Assembly (NCBI GenBank): GCA_018830045.1
Contig: JAHJTF010000022.1
Location: 1-57,791, forward strand
Source: Patescibacteria group bacterium
GTDB taxonomy: Bacteria > Patescibacteriota > Microgenomatia > UBA1400 > PJMF01
DNA length: 57,791 bases
Reading direction: 5' to 3'
Made by a program: the position numbers and the translations under genes. Under the pieces are notes generated by a model. It saw nothing but the letters and a program-made list of their open reading frames with translations. It did no database searches and was not told the origin of the DNA. Shown here piece after piece: positions 37,663 to 47,492 of the stretch (the first letter of the stretch is position 1; every line of letters starts with the position of its first letter).

Positions 37663-38739
37663 TCAGGAACAAAGCGATCTATAGACTTTGACAGTTTTTT
37701 TGGTCATTTCATCCCAAGAATACTGCATTGTTACCGCGGCCATTTGTTTTTGAGTAGGTTTTTTCTTAGAAAGGTTTTTGACACTTTTAACCAAGCTATC
37801 CACCAAGAGTGGGTTAAAGTAAATAACAGCATCTTGATAAATTTCTTTAAATACTGGGATGTTTGAAGCTAGGACGGGCGTATTTAGAGCTAGGGCTTCG
37901 ATGCCAGTGAGTCCAAAACCTTCTGATAAGGATGGTTGCACAAGGGCTGTGGCGCCTTTAATTTCACTAGCTAAGTCTTGGTCAGATAAATATCCAGTAA
38001 AATTGACTTGCTTCTCAACACCATTTTTTTTGGCCTGCGCTCTGATTTGATCTTGAAATGCATTTCTTGACCCCACAATAATTAACCTCCACCCGGGAAG
38101 TTGCTCTAGAGCCTTTATCACTAATCTGACATTCTTATGTGGGTAAAGTGAGCCGACATAAATCAATGTTTTGTTTTCCTTCTTAATTTTAATATCTTTA
38201 AACTTTAATAAACCACTATCCACACCTTCATGAGTGACTACTATTTTATCCTTGGATTCTGGATAGTATTCATTTAAAGTTTTTTCAATGGTTTGAGTGG
38301 GAACTAAAATTTTATCGGCTTTTTTAATCGCCCTTGAAGCTACTAAACGATAGCCAGTATACTTGCCCCAATATTCCCAAGGTTTGAGAGTAGTAACTTG
38401 AGTGCCTCGGTGTTGATGCCAAAGTAAATCGTGAATGGTGATAACGAGTTTTTTAGAATACATGATCGGAACGTTAAAGTGAGGGACGTGGAGTAAGTCT
38501 AGTTTAGCTTGATTGAAAATAGAAAACATCTGTATTTGTTCCTGAAGCGTATAGTGCCTAATAGGAATAATATGAGACTGCGCTTCAATGTTTGGAATAA
38601 CTTGATTTTTATTTCGGTAAAAATAAACCCAATTAATTTCAGGGGCAAACTTGGGTAGTCGCCTAATTAAGTTTTCAATATAACGACCGATACCGGCATG
38701 AGAAACTCCACTCAGTCGGCAATCGACACCAATTTTCAT
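37663..38739 (-). CDS. Glycosyltransferase family 4 (MtfB-like)
   Basis: GIGRY, HVPHFNVP, TIHDL, YVG..YPHKN, PSLSEGFGL..IEA. Confidence 0.9.
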   Translation of the reverse strand: MKIGVDCRLSGVSHAGIGRYIENLIRRLPKFAPEINWVYFYRNKNQVIPNIEAQSHIIPIRHYTLQEQIQMFSIFNQAKLDLLHVPHFNVPIMYSKKLVITIHDLLWHQHRGTQVTTLKPWEYWGKYTGYRLVASRAIKKADKILVPTQTIEKTLNEYYPESKDKIVVTHEGVDSGLLKFKDIKIKKENKTLIYVGSLYPHKNVRLVIKALEQLPGWRLIIVGSRNAFQDQIRAQAKKNGVEKQVNFTGYLSDQDLASEIKGATALVQPSLSEGFGLTGIEALALNTPVLASNIPVFKEIYQDAVIYFNPLLVDSLVKSVKNLSKKKPTQKQMAAVTMQYSWDEMTKKTVKVYRSLCS

Positions 38740-38747
38740 AATTAAGA

Positions 38748-39212
38748 TTATTTCTTGGTCTTAGCTTTAGCAGTTATTTTCGCTTGAGTGATGGGTTTTC
38801 TTTTAGCCGCGCTGGCTTTAGCAGGAGTTTTTTTGTTTTCTTTAACCAATGATTCGGTCAAAGATTCAATTTCTGATAAAACTTCATCATCTTCATCACA
38901 ATAATCACAACAGCAACAGTCTTCTAACTCCATCTGTTTTTCAAGATAGTTAGCCCGTTTGGCTCGCAATAGATTGCCAATCACAGCGTAGATAAAATAG
39001 GCGATACCAATTACGAAACTAACCAGCGGAATGAATTTTAACAACAGGGGCTCGGTAAAGAGCTGTTGCCCAGCATAGACATATTGCACTAAAAGGCTTG
39101 GTAATAAAGCGGCCACAAATAACGCTGCCACAATTACAGTCACGGCAGTTAACATGACATTTTGGCTTCTGGCTCGCAGTTGCGAAACCTGAAATGCTAG
39201 ATCTGAATACAT
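38748..39212 (-). CDS. Two-TM hypothetical protein with a CCCCxxC cluster and Lys/Ala-rich tail
   Basis: Two hydrophobic helices, EDCCCCDYCDEDDE, then KKTPAKASAAKRK...AKAKTKK; AAGGA SD upstream. Confidence 0.75.
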   Translation of the reverse strand: MYSDLAFQVSQLRARSQNVMLTAVTVIVAALFVAALLPSLLVQYVYAGQQLFTEPLLLKFIPLVSFVIGIAYFIYAVIGNLLRAKRANYLEKQMELEDCCCCDYCDEDDEVLSEIESLTESLVKENKKTPAKASAAKRKPITQAKITAKAKTKK

Positions 39213-40097
39213 TTAAAATCCTTCCTTTTTTATATTAATGTAATACCTGATAAGAGTACGAATAAATTTGGGATATTTATTAACGTAATGTTTATCGTAA
39301 TACGCAAGCATCGTATCATAAAAGTACTTGTTAGTGGTTTTGGCAATTTTTTTAGAACTGCTTTTGATGCCGGATTTATATTTATGGTGCACAATTTTTG
39401 CTTGAGGATGATATACAATCTCATAGCCCTTGTCTCGGAAACGTCGACACCAATCCAGGTCTTCAGCGTACATAAAGAATCGATCATCTAAGAAGCCTAC
39501 CTTATCCATGGCTGATTTTCTTACCATTAGGGTTGCTCCGCTACACGCATCAATGGTGTGATGACTGCCAAGATCTTTGAATGATTGGTGGTACTGCCCA
39601 AAAGTACGTGATTTGGGAAATAAAGATTCTAGTTTGGCAAAGTAGGTTAGAGAGGCCCAGAGGGTGGGTTCACCCCGATGACAGGCAGGATCAATTTTCC
39701 CATTCACAAACTCTATTTTAGGAGTGATCGCGCCAGTTTTGGGGTGTTTGTCCATGTACTCTACTAAGATGTCTAAGTTTGACTCTGGCTTAAATTCGAG
39801 ATCAGAATTTAACAGCATCGCATAGCGACTCTCAACTTTTTTTAGCGCAACATTGTTGCCGCCGGCAAAACCTAGATTTTCTCCAGTTTCAATTAGTTCC
39901 ACCCAGCTGATATTCTTTTTTACCATTTCAACACTACCATCTGTGCTACCGTTATCTACCACAATGGTTTTGATATTATATTTAGTTTTATCTAAATAAA
40001 ACTCCTTTAGTGTTTCTAAAGTTTTTTTTAACCAAAATTGAGTGTTATAGCTAAGAATGATCAGGGTTAGATCGGTTTTTCTTAATCTTTTTTTCAT
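39213..40097 (-). CDS. Glycosyltransferase family 2 (WbbL-like)
   Basis: VVDNGSTDGS, NLGFAGGNN, LLNSD, SGA.LMVR, D.RFFMYAED.DWC.R. Confidence 0.9.
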   Translation of the reverse strand: MKKRLRKTDLTLIILSYNTQFWLKKTLETLKEFYLDKTKYNIKTIVVDNGSTDGSVEMVKKNISWVELIETGENLGFAGGNNVALKKVESRYAMLLNSDLEFKPESNLDILVEYMDKHPKTGAITPKIEFVNGKIDPACHRGEPTLWASLTYFAKLESLFPKSRTFGQYHQSFKDLGSHHTIDACSGATLMVRKSAMDKVGFLDDRFFMYAEDLDWCRRFRDKGYEIVYHPQAKIVHHKYKSGIKSSSKKIAKTTNKYFYDTMLAYYDKHYVNKYPKFIRTLIRYYINIKKEGF

Positions 40098-41281
40098 GAA
40101 AACTCCTGATAAACTTGGTCTAGCTTAGTACTAATATATTTCCAATCATATTGTCTAGTCACAAATCGTTTGGCTCTGCGAGCCAACTTTCTTCTCATGG
40201 TAGGATTTTTAAGCAGTTGGGAAATTTTATCTGCCATGGCCGCGGCCGAATCTGCTAACAGCACGTGTTTGCCATCTTGGACACCCAATCCCTCAACAGC
40301 AATACTAGTGGCTACTACCGGAGTGCCTGAAACCATTGCTTCAAGGATTTTATACCGCGTACCCTTACCACTTAGTACAGGAGCAGCTAGGACATGAGCG
40401 CCTTTGAAAGCGTCACGAATGTCTGGGATATTACCAGTGACTTTAATACTCTGATCGTGGCGGTGATAATTGAGAACTTCTTGGGTCGGGGCATTACCCA
40501 CAATCCATAATTGAGCTTTCTCAACTTGTTGGGTAATAAGAGGCCAGACTTTATTAACTAAGAACTTGACTGCTTCTACATTGGGTAGCCAATTAAAGGT
40601 CCCAACAGATAAAACAGTCAGCTTAGTGGAAAGTTTTCTTCTTTTTTTATTAAACCACTCTGCATCTACTCCATTTGAAACCACTTCTATTTTATTTTTA
40701 TTGCCTATTTCTTGGGCAATAAAATCTTTGTCAGCTTGGCTCATGACGATGAGTTTATTAGCTGATTTCCAGAAGTACTTTTCCCAATGTTTAATTTTAG
40801 AGATGTCGATTTGCAGCAAAGGACGTAAAATTAATGGTGCTTTTTTGGCATAGCTTTCATATCCGAGATACTCGATGGTTTGTTCAACCAAAATCATGGG
40901 GATATCGGTGATTGGCAAATGTGGCATCATGTAAAAAGTTTCGGCATGAATTAAGTCATAGTTTTGTAGGGCAAGTTCTGTTTCAACTGCCTCAATAGTT
41001 TCTGGAACGTGATTGCGGATAACCAAAAATGGATAGCTAGAAAAAAGTGTTTTAAAAATGTTTCTTAAAGTAAAGGGTTTTTGGGAGCGTTTAAAAACTT
41101 TCACTTTGGCGCAATATTTTTCTAACTCGGAAATATATTGACGCTCTGATTCTTCCTTGATGAGGGCAAACAACGTAATTTCATGTTTGTCAGCGAGTTT
41201 TTTTAATAAATTGTAGGTTCTAATTTGACCACCACTTAGTAAAGGGTAGGGTAAGTATGGAGTCAGCATTAAGATTTTCAT
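40094..41281 (-). CDS. Glycosyltransferase family 4
   Basis: PYP..SGG.IR, VV.NGVD, G.F.W.PN.EA, P...G.GTRYKILEAM..G.PVV.T. Confidence 0.9.
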   Translation of the reverse strand: MKILMLTPYLPYPLLSGGQIRTYNLLKKLADKHEITLFALIKEESERQYISELEKYCAKVKVFKRSQKPFTLRNIFKTLFSSYPFLVIRNHVPETIEAVETELALQNYDLIHAETFYMMPHLPITDIPMILVEQTIEYLGYESYAKKAPLILRPLLQIDISKIKHWEKYFWKSANKLIVMSQADKDFIAQEIGNKNKIEVVSNGVDAEWFNKKRRKLSTKLTVLSVGTFNWLPNVEAVKFLVNKVWPLITQQVEKAQLWIVGNAPTQEVLNYHRHDQSIKVTGNIPDIRDAFKGAHVLAAPVLSGKGTRYKILEAMVSGTPVVATSIAVEGLGVQDGKHVLLADSAAAMADKISQLLKNPTMRRKLARRAKRFVTRQYDWKYISTKLDQVYQEFS

Positions 41282-41284
41282 GGT

Positions 41285-42733
41285 TTATTGAAGTTTGATG
41301 ATAACATATTCGTCAGTTTGGAAGATCACCCTATAGTCATTCATGAGCCGATTGGTTTCATCATCATAATTAACACTCACGTAGTAATCTGCCCCTTTAG
41401 CGATCTTGTCTGCAATCTCAAATCCAATCGGCCAGCCAGTGCGATTGGTTTGGAATAAAAAGGCGGTATCACCCTGATAGGGGGCAATAATTCTAGCATC
41501 CAAAGGGGTGATCTGGTCTACTTTTTGTCCAGCCCTGACAATTTCGGGGTGTTGAATCTCGTAATAACCCCTGATCTCCCACCAGGACATAAAGAGCGAA
41601 AGCGCTAAGACTATCAATAATGAAGGCCAAGCAACTAGCTTTCTAATGTATGAGCCTTCAGTAATCCATAAAATACCTCTGGCGGTTAGAATGGAAATGA
41701 TGGGAATCAGCAAAGCTTGATAATAGTCATGCTGGACATTGCCCGTAGCAAAGGCAACCAGATATAAAAACATTGAACCTGCCCAAACTAAAGTGATAAC
41801 ATCAAAAAGAGTTGAACGACGATAGCTAGTTCTGATTCTACCAATAAGGCCCAAAAATAAGAATGATACTCCCCAGTAACCTAAAATAAGTTTGGCAATT
41901 CTTTCAGCAAAGATCCACCTCCACCAGGCAGGACGAAGCCGGATTCCATTTCCATTTAATAACCACGTTGAAACTGGAATGCCTTGGGGAAATTGTTTAA
42001 TCCATTCCCGCCAACCGATTAAAGGAGTTATGGCAAGAGTGGCATAAGCAATTAGCCAGGGAGAAATAAAGGCTTTTTTGCCAAAATAAACTAAGCTTAG
42101 AATAATAAAGACTGGAACAATAAAAATAGCAGTGGGCTTGAGTAATAAACTCAGCGAAAACGCAATTAAACTGCCAGCATAAAGCAGGCGTGAGCTGGTT
42201 TTATTTTTATTAGTTTGTTGGAGCCAGGCTAAAAACAGCCACATACTCAATAGTTGGGTACCCAACATCGCAGGTTCTGGCAAAATAACACGAGAATAAA
42301 AGACGCTAAAAGGTAATACCGCAAACATAAATCCGGAGAGAAGAGCTAGCACTTGGCGTTTTGAAAGTAAGAAAACAAAGCCATACAAGCTAATTAATCC
42401 TATTAATGAAAAGCCAATTGAAACTAGACGTGAGGTGATTACTAAATCAAGTTGTGGATTTAATTTAATTATCTGGGCGATGAAAAAATTGACTATGGGA
42501 AACTCCACCATCCTATAACCCTGAGGATTATCTTGACCACTCTGGATATTAGAATGATCGTGATAATGTGGCTCTAAAATAGAATAGTTATGCTTAATAA
42601 ACTCTCTAGTTACGGAAGCTGTATCGGCTTGACGGAAGCTGTGCCAATCGGCCAAAGGCGCATCGATACGGTAAAGTCTTAAATATGTAGCTAAGATGAG
42701 GAGCGCCAATACCAATAGCCAATGTTTTTTCAT
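41285..42733 (-). CDS. GT-C membrane glycosyltransferase (ArnT/PMT-like)
   Basis: LRLY.I.....DWHSFRQADTA, MVEFPI, P...FYSR..LPEP, LLKP, HDYYQ. Confidence 0.8.
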   Translation of the reverse strand: MKKHWLLVLALLILATYLRLYRIDAPLADWHSFRQADTASVTREFIKHNYSILEPHYHDHSNIQSGQDNPQGYRMVEFPIVNFFIAQIIKLNPQLDLVITSRLVSIGFSLIGLISLYGFVFLLSKRQVLALLSGFMFAVLPFSVFYSRVILPEPAMLGTQLLSMWLFLAWLQQTNKNKTSSRLLYAGSLIAFSLSLLLKPTAIFIVPVFIILSLVYFGKKAFISPWLIAYATLAITPLIGWREWIKQFPQGIPVSTWLLNGNGIRLRPAWWRWIFAERIAKLILGYWGVSFLFLGLIGRIRTSYRRSTLFDVITLVWAGSMFLYLVAFATGNVQHDYYQALLIPIISILTARGILWITEGSYIRKLVAWPSLLIVLALSLFMSWWEIRGYYEIQHPEIVRAGQKVDQITPLDARIIAPYQGDTAFLFQTNRTGWPIGFEIADKIAKGADYYVSVNYDDETNRLMNDYRVIFQTDEYVIIKLQ

Positions 42734-44376
42734 TTCTTTAATTTATAATAACCTAAAAATAGTCCGGTCACAGCCCAAAAAGTAAAGGCTACCTTGGAGG
42801 CAGAAAAAACGTCTATAAAGAAAGCATTAAACAAGAGTCCTAATGCTGCAGCTAGATAACCAATGCAAAGCGCTGAAAGAAGAGCATCTTTTTTTCTTAA
42901 ACCCAAAATTGCCACAACCATACTAGTGATAATAGCCCCATAAAAAGTGATAAAGCCTAGTAAGCCAGTTTCACCCAAAGTTCTTAAAAAGTTATTGTCA
43001 GTACTGTCAGCAATGGTGAAATCTGTGGGACTGGTTTTATTAAGAGTGGCATAACCACTTCCCAAAAATGGACTTCTAACGAACCCTTGTACTGCTCTTG
43101 GCCATAAAGTATCCAAGCGAATTGCCATGGAAAGGCCATATTGAAGGGCATTGTCTGACCAAACGCGTGGTTTTTCTACTATTGCTGTCACGAAAGAACC
43201 ATCGGCTGAGGTGGTGGCCACTACAATTTGATCAGGAATATCTGCATAGACATCCACTGGCCTTTGGGTGATCGGACGTTGATCTGATGCTACCAGCACT
43301 TCTGCCTCTTGTGTTGAGATGGAATTAGCGGGAGGTGATGATCCCAGCTGTTTGATTTTCAAGTGATCAATTTGAAGAAAAGCAATAATAGTCGTTGCTG
43401 ACTTTTGGGTTTGTTTTTCAAAGCGTTGATACTGAGAATAAACTTGAGGATAGGATTTTATAACCTGGACAGCTCTTTCATAGATGTCACTCCCAAATCC
43501 AACCATTAAAATAAAAATACCAATCCACAGACCTAATAATCTGGTTACAATCCAAGAAATTTTAGACCGCAGAGATTCTTTTTTTAAGCCAAACAAGCTG
43601 ATGACAATTACGGTTGATAAAGCATAGGCTATAAATGAGGTTCGCGCGGCACTCATAATTAACAGCCAAGCACCAAAAAATTGCAAGAAAAACAGATAGC
43701 CCTTAATTAATTTTTGCTTAGAATAGTAGGCAAGGGCTAATAAAAGTGGCAAAACAATTACTAAATATGCCGCCAAGTCGTAATGACCAGCAAAGGTAGA
43801 TTGAACTCTGGCGTGTTGGGTCAGATAGAGGCGGATGCCCTTACTAAACTCGCGGTTCATGGTGGAGTAAACAGGCCAGTAGTAGTATTTTTGTCCTACT
43901 CCATAGATAGCTACTGCTAATAATGAAAGGCTCATGAACCCAAGTAAGATTTTGACACCTTTGGAGTTACTCAGGCTTGAATAAAAAATAAAGAAGAGAG
44001 AGAAATACTCCAGGTATCTAACAAAATGAAGGAATGTTTTTAAAACGTGTTTATCTATGATTGGGACAGTTTTGATTATGAATATTGCAGAAATAATTGA
44101 GAGCAATCCCACCACTGCATAGGCAATGACAAACCAGGCGGTGGTTGATTGCCATTTTATTTTTTTTCTGATTAATTGAATAACCCAAACTATTATGACA
44201 AAGAGCACCAGAAAATCTTCCAACCTAACTCTCACAATATATTCCTCAATGGGGCTATAGAACGGAATCTTGGGAAAAAGAGGGATAAAAATTAATAAAA
44301 AACCTGAAAGCAAAAGAAGGATGTTTTTATCTAGCCATTTTGTCAGCTGTTTAATTGATGAATGTTTTTTTGTCAT
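42730..44376 (-). CDS. O-antigen ligase-like membrane protein (start moved from 44460 to the ATG at 44376)
   Basis: RVQSTFAGHYDLA, SAARTSF, PFLGSGY, TDNNFLRTLGETGLLG. The revised start removes the overlap with the upstream GT2 and matches the paralog N-terminus at 57386. Confidence 0.75.
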   Translation of the reverse strand: MTKKHSSIKQLTKWLDKNILLLLSGFLLIFIPLFPKIPFYSPIEEYIVRVRLEDFLVLFVIIVWVIQLIRKKIKWQSTTAWFVIAYAVVGLLSIISAIFIIKTVPIIDKHVLKTFLHFVRYLEYFSLFFIFYSSLSNSKGVKILLGFMSLSLLAVAIYGVGQKYYYWPVYSTMNREFSKGIRLYLTQHARVQSTFAGHYDLAAYLVIVLPLLLALAYYSKQKLIKGYLFFLQFFGAWLLIMSAARTSFIAYALSTVIVISLFGLKKESLRSKISWIVTRLLGLWIGIFILMVGFGSDIYERAVQVIKSYPQVYSQYQRFEKQTQKSATTIIAFLQIDHLKIKQLGSSPPANSISTQEAEVLVASDQRPITQRPVDVYADIPDQIVVATTSADGSFVTAIVEKPRVWSDNALQYGLSMAIRLDTLWPRAVQGFVRSPFLGSGYATLNKTSPTDFTIADSTDNNFLRTLGETGLLGFITFYGAIITSMVVAILGLRKKDALLSALCIGYLAAALGLLFNAFFIDVFSASKVAFTFWAVTGLFLGYYKLKK

Positions 44377-44389
44377 TAAGACCCAGTAG

Positions 44390-45376
44390 CTAGATTTGCG
44401 ATAAAAGATCCTGGTAGATAGCCCGTCTTTTCCCATCAGGGCGCAAAGTGGTAAAGGCAATGACTCTAAGGATCATACCCATTTTGAGAATCATTTTAAC
44501 CAAGGGGATCTGCCACAGCGGTTTATGTTTTGACCAGTTGTAAAGATAAGATTTAAATTCACCCCTGATGGCATTGGCGCTACTTGAACTAGCTTGACCA
44601 AAGTGAGTGATCTTTGCTTCGGGATCAATGGCCACATCAAAATGGTGATGAGAAGCGCGCATGCAGTATTCTGTGTCTTCGCCATACATAAAAATGGCAT
44701 CATCTAGTAAGCCAATTTCTTGGATCACTTCTTTTCTAATCATCATGGCAGTGCCACCCACCCAGCCTCTTTTAATTAGACGAGTATCATGAGTGTGATA
44801 TTTCAGTTTTTCATTTTGTCTAAAACCAGTGTGTTGAGTTGAGGGCAAAAACTTGCCGATAATTGGTAGGTCATCTAAAAAACTCATGTGATTAAACAGC
44901 GCAAATAGAGTTGGCAGATCGCCACCTTGAGGTTGAAGGGTGCCATCAGGATTTAACAGCGTGGGAGCCAAAATACCTAGTTTATCAATCCTGTCTTGTT
45001 GCGAAACAAGAGTTGAGGTGCTGTCCCTTAAGGGGAAGCGCTCAAAAGTGTTAACCAGAGTGGCGAGGCTGCCTTTTTGCACAATGGTGTCAGAATTTAA
45101 CAGAATAATATATTTGCCCTTAGCAATTTTAATACCTTGATTATTGGCTGAAGCAAAACCTTTGTTGTGTTTATTGGCAATTACTTTAATATTTTTACTC
45201 TCAAAAGTATTTTTAATAGTCGTGACAGTGCCATCTTTTGAGTTGTTATCAACAATGATAATTTCAGTTTTTTTAGCTATAGACGGTGAGGACTGGGCAT
45301 CTTTCCAGGCAGTCTCGATAGTTTGGAGAGTGAGGTCTTTAGTGTTGTAAGAGACGATGATGATGGTGAGTGTCAT
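44390..45376 (-). CDS. Glycosyltransferase family 2 (WbbL-like)
   Basis: IIIVSYNT, VDNNSKDGT, NKGFASANNQG, LLNSDT, WVGG, IFMYGED.EYC.R. Confidence 0.9.
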   Translation of the reverse strand: MTLTIIIVSYNTKDLTLQTIETAWKDAQSSPSIAKKTEIIIVDNNSKDGTVTTIKNTFESKNIKVIANKHNKGFASANNQGIKIAKGKYIILLNSDTIVQKGSLATLVNTFERFPLRDSTSTLVSQQDRIDKLGILAPTLLNPDGTLQPQGGDLPTLFALFNHMSFLDDLPIIGKFLPSTQHTGFRQNEKLKYHTHDTRLIKRGWVGGTAMMIRKEVIQEIGLLDDAIFMYGEDTEYCMRASHHHFDVAIDPEAKITHFGQASSSSANAIRGEFKSYLYNWSKHKPLWQIPLVKMILKMGMILRVIAFTTLRPDGKRRAIYQDLLSQI

Positions 45377-45378
45377 GA

Positions 45379-46317
45379 TTAGTTTTTAATTTGTAATAAA
45401 ATTTTTAGCCAATCAATGGTATTTTTTCGTTTCATGTTAGTACTAATTATAACTCCATAGATAGCCAACACCAAGCTAAGGATGAGAATTGGCGAGAGTT
45501 TTTCGTGATAAAAAATAATTCCCGCAAAAGCAGCAAATTCAGGCGATAGGAGCGAACTAAAAGCTGCGGTGGAAACTGGTAATTTTTTAATTGCGAGTTG
45601 GGACAACCCAATAAAAGCCATAGAAGTAATGATAATTCCAGTAACGGAGATAAAGATTGGCCAGCTAAAGTAGGGATGAATTGATGTAAAAAATAGAGCG
45701 TAAAGAGCCAACGGTGAACAAAAAATTGTCAAAGCTAGATTGGTCAAAATTAGCATCTCGACGACAGATTTATTGATATTATATTTTTTAGAGAAGGTTA
45801 GATAAGCAGAGTAGCCCAGCATGCCTATAAAAATAAGTGAGTTGCCATAAAAACTACCCAATGACGATCTTTCTTGAGGAGATTTTGAGGCAACTACTAA
45901 AATCAACACTCCCACTAGTGAAATTAGCAAACCAAAAATTTTTTGTTTGGTTATTTTTTCATTGACAAATAAATGAGCAAGGAAGCCAGTTGCTACTGGG
46001 ACCATTACAAAAATAAGTTGAGAAGCTATTAAAGTGGTGTGATTAATGGCAACAGAAAATAGCGTAAGATTCAAACCAAATCCGATTCCCGTGATGATCA
46101 ATAGGGGTAGATTTTCTTGATTAAGCAGAGCGGTGTAGTGGAATTTTTTTCCAAATAAAATGAGAAGTATGATTGTACTTGTAGTAACTCTAAGCCAATT
46201 AAAGATAAAGGGATGCAAATATGCGGTACCAGTTCTAATTAATGAAGGCAAAATTGCTCCACCTAAAAAAGCGGCTCCCAATACTCCAACTAAACCTAGG
46301 AATTTATTTTTATTCAT
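45379..46317 (-). CDS. DMT/EamA family transporter
   Basis: About 10 TM segments in two repeats; P.....LA.LF..EKI.....G......GV; LLSP......GIIF..EKL. Confidence 0.85.
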   Translation of the reverse strand: MNKNKFLGLVGVLGAAFLGGAILPSLIRTGTAYLHPFIFNWLRVTTSTIILLILFGKKFHYTALLNQENLPLLIITGIGFGLNLTLFSVAINHTTLIASQLIFVMVPVATGFLAHLFVNEKITKQKIFGLLISLVGVLILVVASKSPQERSSLGSFYGNSLIFIGMLGYSAYLTFSKKYNINKSVVEMLILTNLALTIFCSPLALYALFFTSIHPYFSWPIFISVTGIIITSMAFIGLSQLAIKKLPVSTAAFSSLLSPEFAAFAGIIFYHEKLSPILILSLVLAIYGVIISTNMKRKNTIDWLKILLQIKN

Positions 46318-46319
46318 GG

Positions 46320-46901
46320 TTACTGAAATAATCTGGCCCTACCCAGTTTGTAATTTAGTTGTTGAGTTTTTCGCTCACCAATTTTTACAGCTGGAATACC
46401 GCCAACAATTGTTAGGGGAGCAACATTTTTAGTCACGACTGCTCCTGCCCCAACTACCGCGCCTTTGCCAATTGTAACTCCTGGCAAAATGATGGCGCGA
46501 GGGCCAATAAAAACATAGTCTTCAATTATGACTTTTTCTTCAATTGGATGCATATCTTCGCTGTGGATATCATGTTCGCTGGTCCAGATCATGACTTGAG
46601 AGGCGATATCGACGTGATTGCCAATTTCTAGTCCTCCGTGGGAGTTAGGAAGCTGTTTGCGCCCATCAAGAGTAGCTTGCTCGCCAATGATAGTATCTAC
46701 CCCAATGGTGATATGGCGCGGATCATAAATTCTCCCCATCATATGAATAGTTGATCCTTTGCCGATTTTCATCCCAAAGAGACGATAAAAAAAATTTCGA
46801 CAGCAATGAGAAGGAAAGAAACCTACTCCCCACCACAAAAAACCTGTCACGGCTTCAAGATAGATGGCAATTAAGCGACGCTTGATTTTGGTAAGTAACA
46901 C
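46320..46901 (-). CDS. Hexapeptide-repeat (LbH) O-acyltransferase, WcaF-like
   Basis: G.KIGKGS.I, IWT.EHD, VIIEDYVFIG.RA.ILPGVTIGKGAVVGAGAVVTK.V, GG.PA..I..R; GTG start. Confidence 0.9.
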   Translation of the reverse strand: MLLTKIKRRLIAIYLEAVTGFLWWGVGFFPSHCCRNFFYRLFGMKIGKGSTIHMMGRIYDPRHITIGVDTIIGEQATLDGRKQLPNSHGGLEIGNHVDIASQVMIWTSEHDIHSEDMHPIEEKVIIEDYVFIGPRAIILPGVTIGKGAVVGAGAVVTKNVAPLTIVGGIPAVKIGERKTQQLNYKLGRARLFQ

Positions 46902-46925
46902 TGATCTAAGTATAGCACTAGGTTG

Positions 46926-47390
46926 TTATTTACTCGAAGCAAAAACAGCAGATCTCTTGAGAGTGGGCAAGCCTAGGTGGGTTTCAAGACGATCAATTTG
47001 TCGATGCTGATAGTACAGATCATCTTCAAAAAGTCCAGTAATTTCATCAACATTATTTTTAATCTCATCCAGGATGAAGAAAATTTTTGTCTGCCCTCTT
47101 TCAAGTTTATTGACTCTAATAGTTAATTTTTTTACATCTTTCTTTAGACCACTGACGTCTTGTTTTAATACCGCTACATCCTGCTTCAATTCACTCACGT
47201 CTTTCTTCAATTCACTCACATCCTGCTTCAATTCACTCACATCCTGTTTTAATGTGCTCACGTCTTTCTTCAATTCACTCACATCCTGCTTTAATGTGCT
47301 CACGTCTTGTTTAATTACATCCAAGTCTTCTTGAATGTGATCTAACTTGCTTAGGATAATCTGAGTATGATTTGGGGAAATTTGTGTCAT
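46926..47390 (-). CDS. Coiled-coil protein with tandem DVSxLK(Q/K) heptads
   Basis: About 10 consecutive heptads, then C-terminal IDRLETHLGL. Confidence 0.8.
   Translation of the reverse strand: MTQISPNHTQIILSKLDHIQEDLDVIKQDVSTLKQDVSELKKDVSTLKQDVSELKQDVSELKKDVSELKQDVAVLKQDVSGLKKDVKKLTIRVNKLERGQTKIFFILDEIKNNVDEITGLFEDDLYYQHRQIDRLETHLGLPTLKRSAVFASSK
47139..47306. repeat. 21-bp coding tandem repeat, 8 core copies
   Basis: Units such as CACGTCTTTCTTCAATTCACT and CACATCCTGCTTCAATTCACT recur with near identity. Confidence 0.92.
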
Positions 47391-47492
47391 GTTTTTGATA
47401 GTATAAAGGATTGCTTACAAGAAGTGTAGAAAACCCATTAGTATATGTGAAGCAATTTCTAAACGCACTCCGACCGGTACCAAAGAACACGC

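Noticed and set aside
44377-44460. N-terminal extension of the ligase-like ORF
   Set aside because: Overlaps the upstream GT2 and has no counterpart in the paralog; the ATG at 44376 is preferred.
47074-47334. 86-aa plus-strand ORF with TSCFNSL repeats
   Set aside because: Antisense reading of the 21-bp heptad repeat.
47410-47457. Imperfect inverted repeat ATTGCTTACA...TGTGAAGCAAT between ruvB and the coiled-coil gene
   Set aside because: Long loop, no clear U-tract, and plausible by chance in AT-rich DNA.
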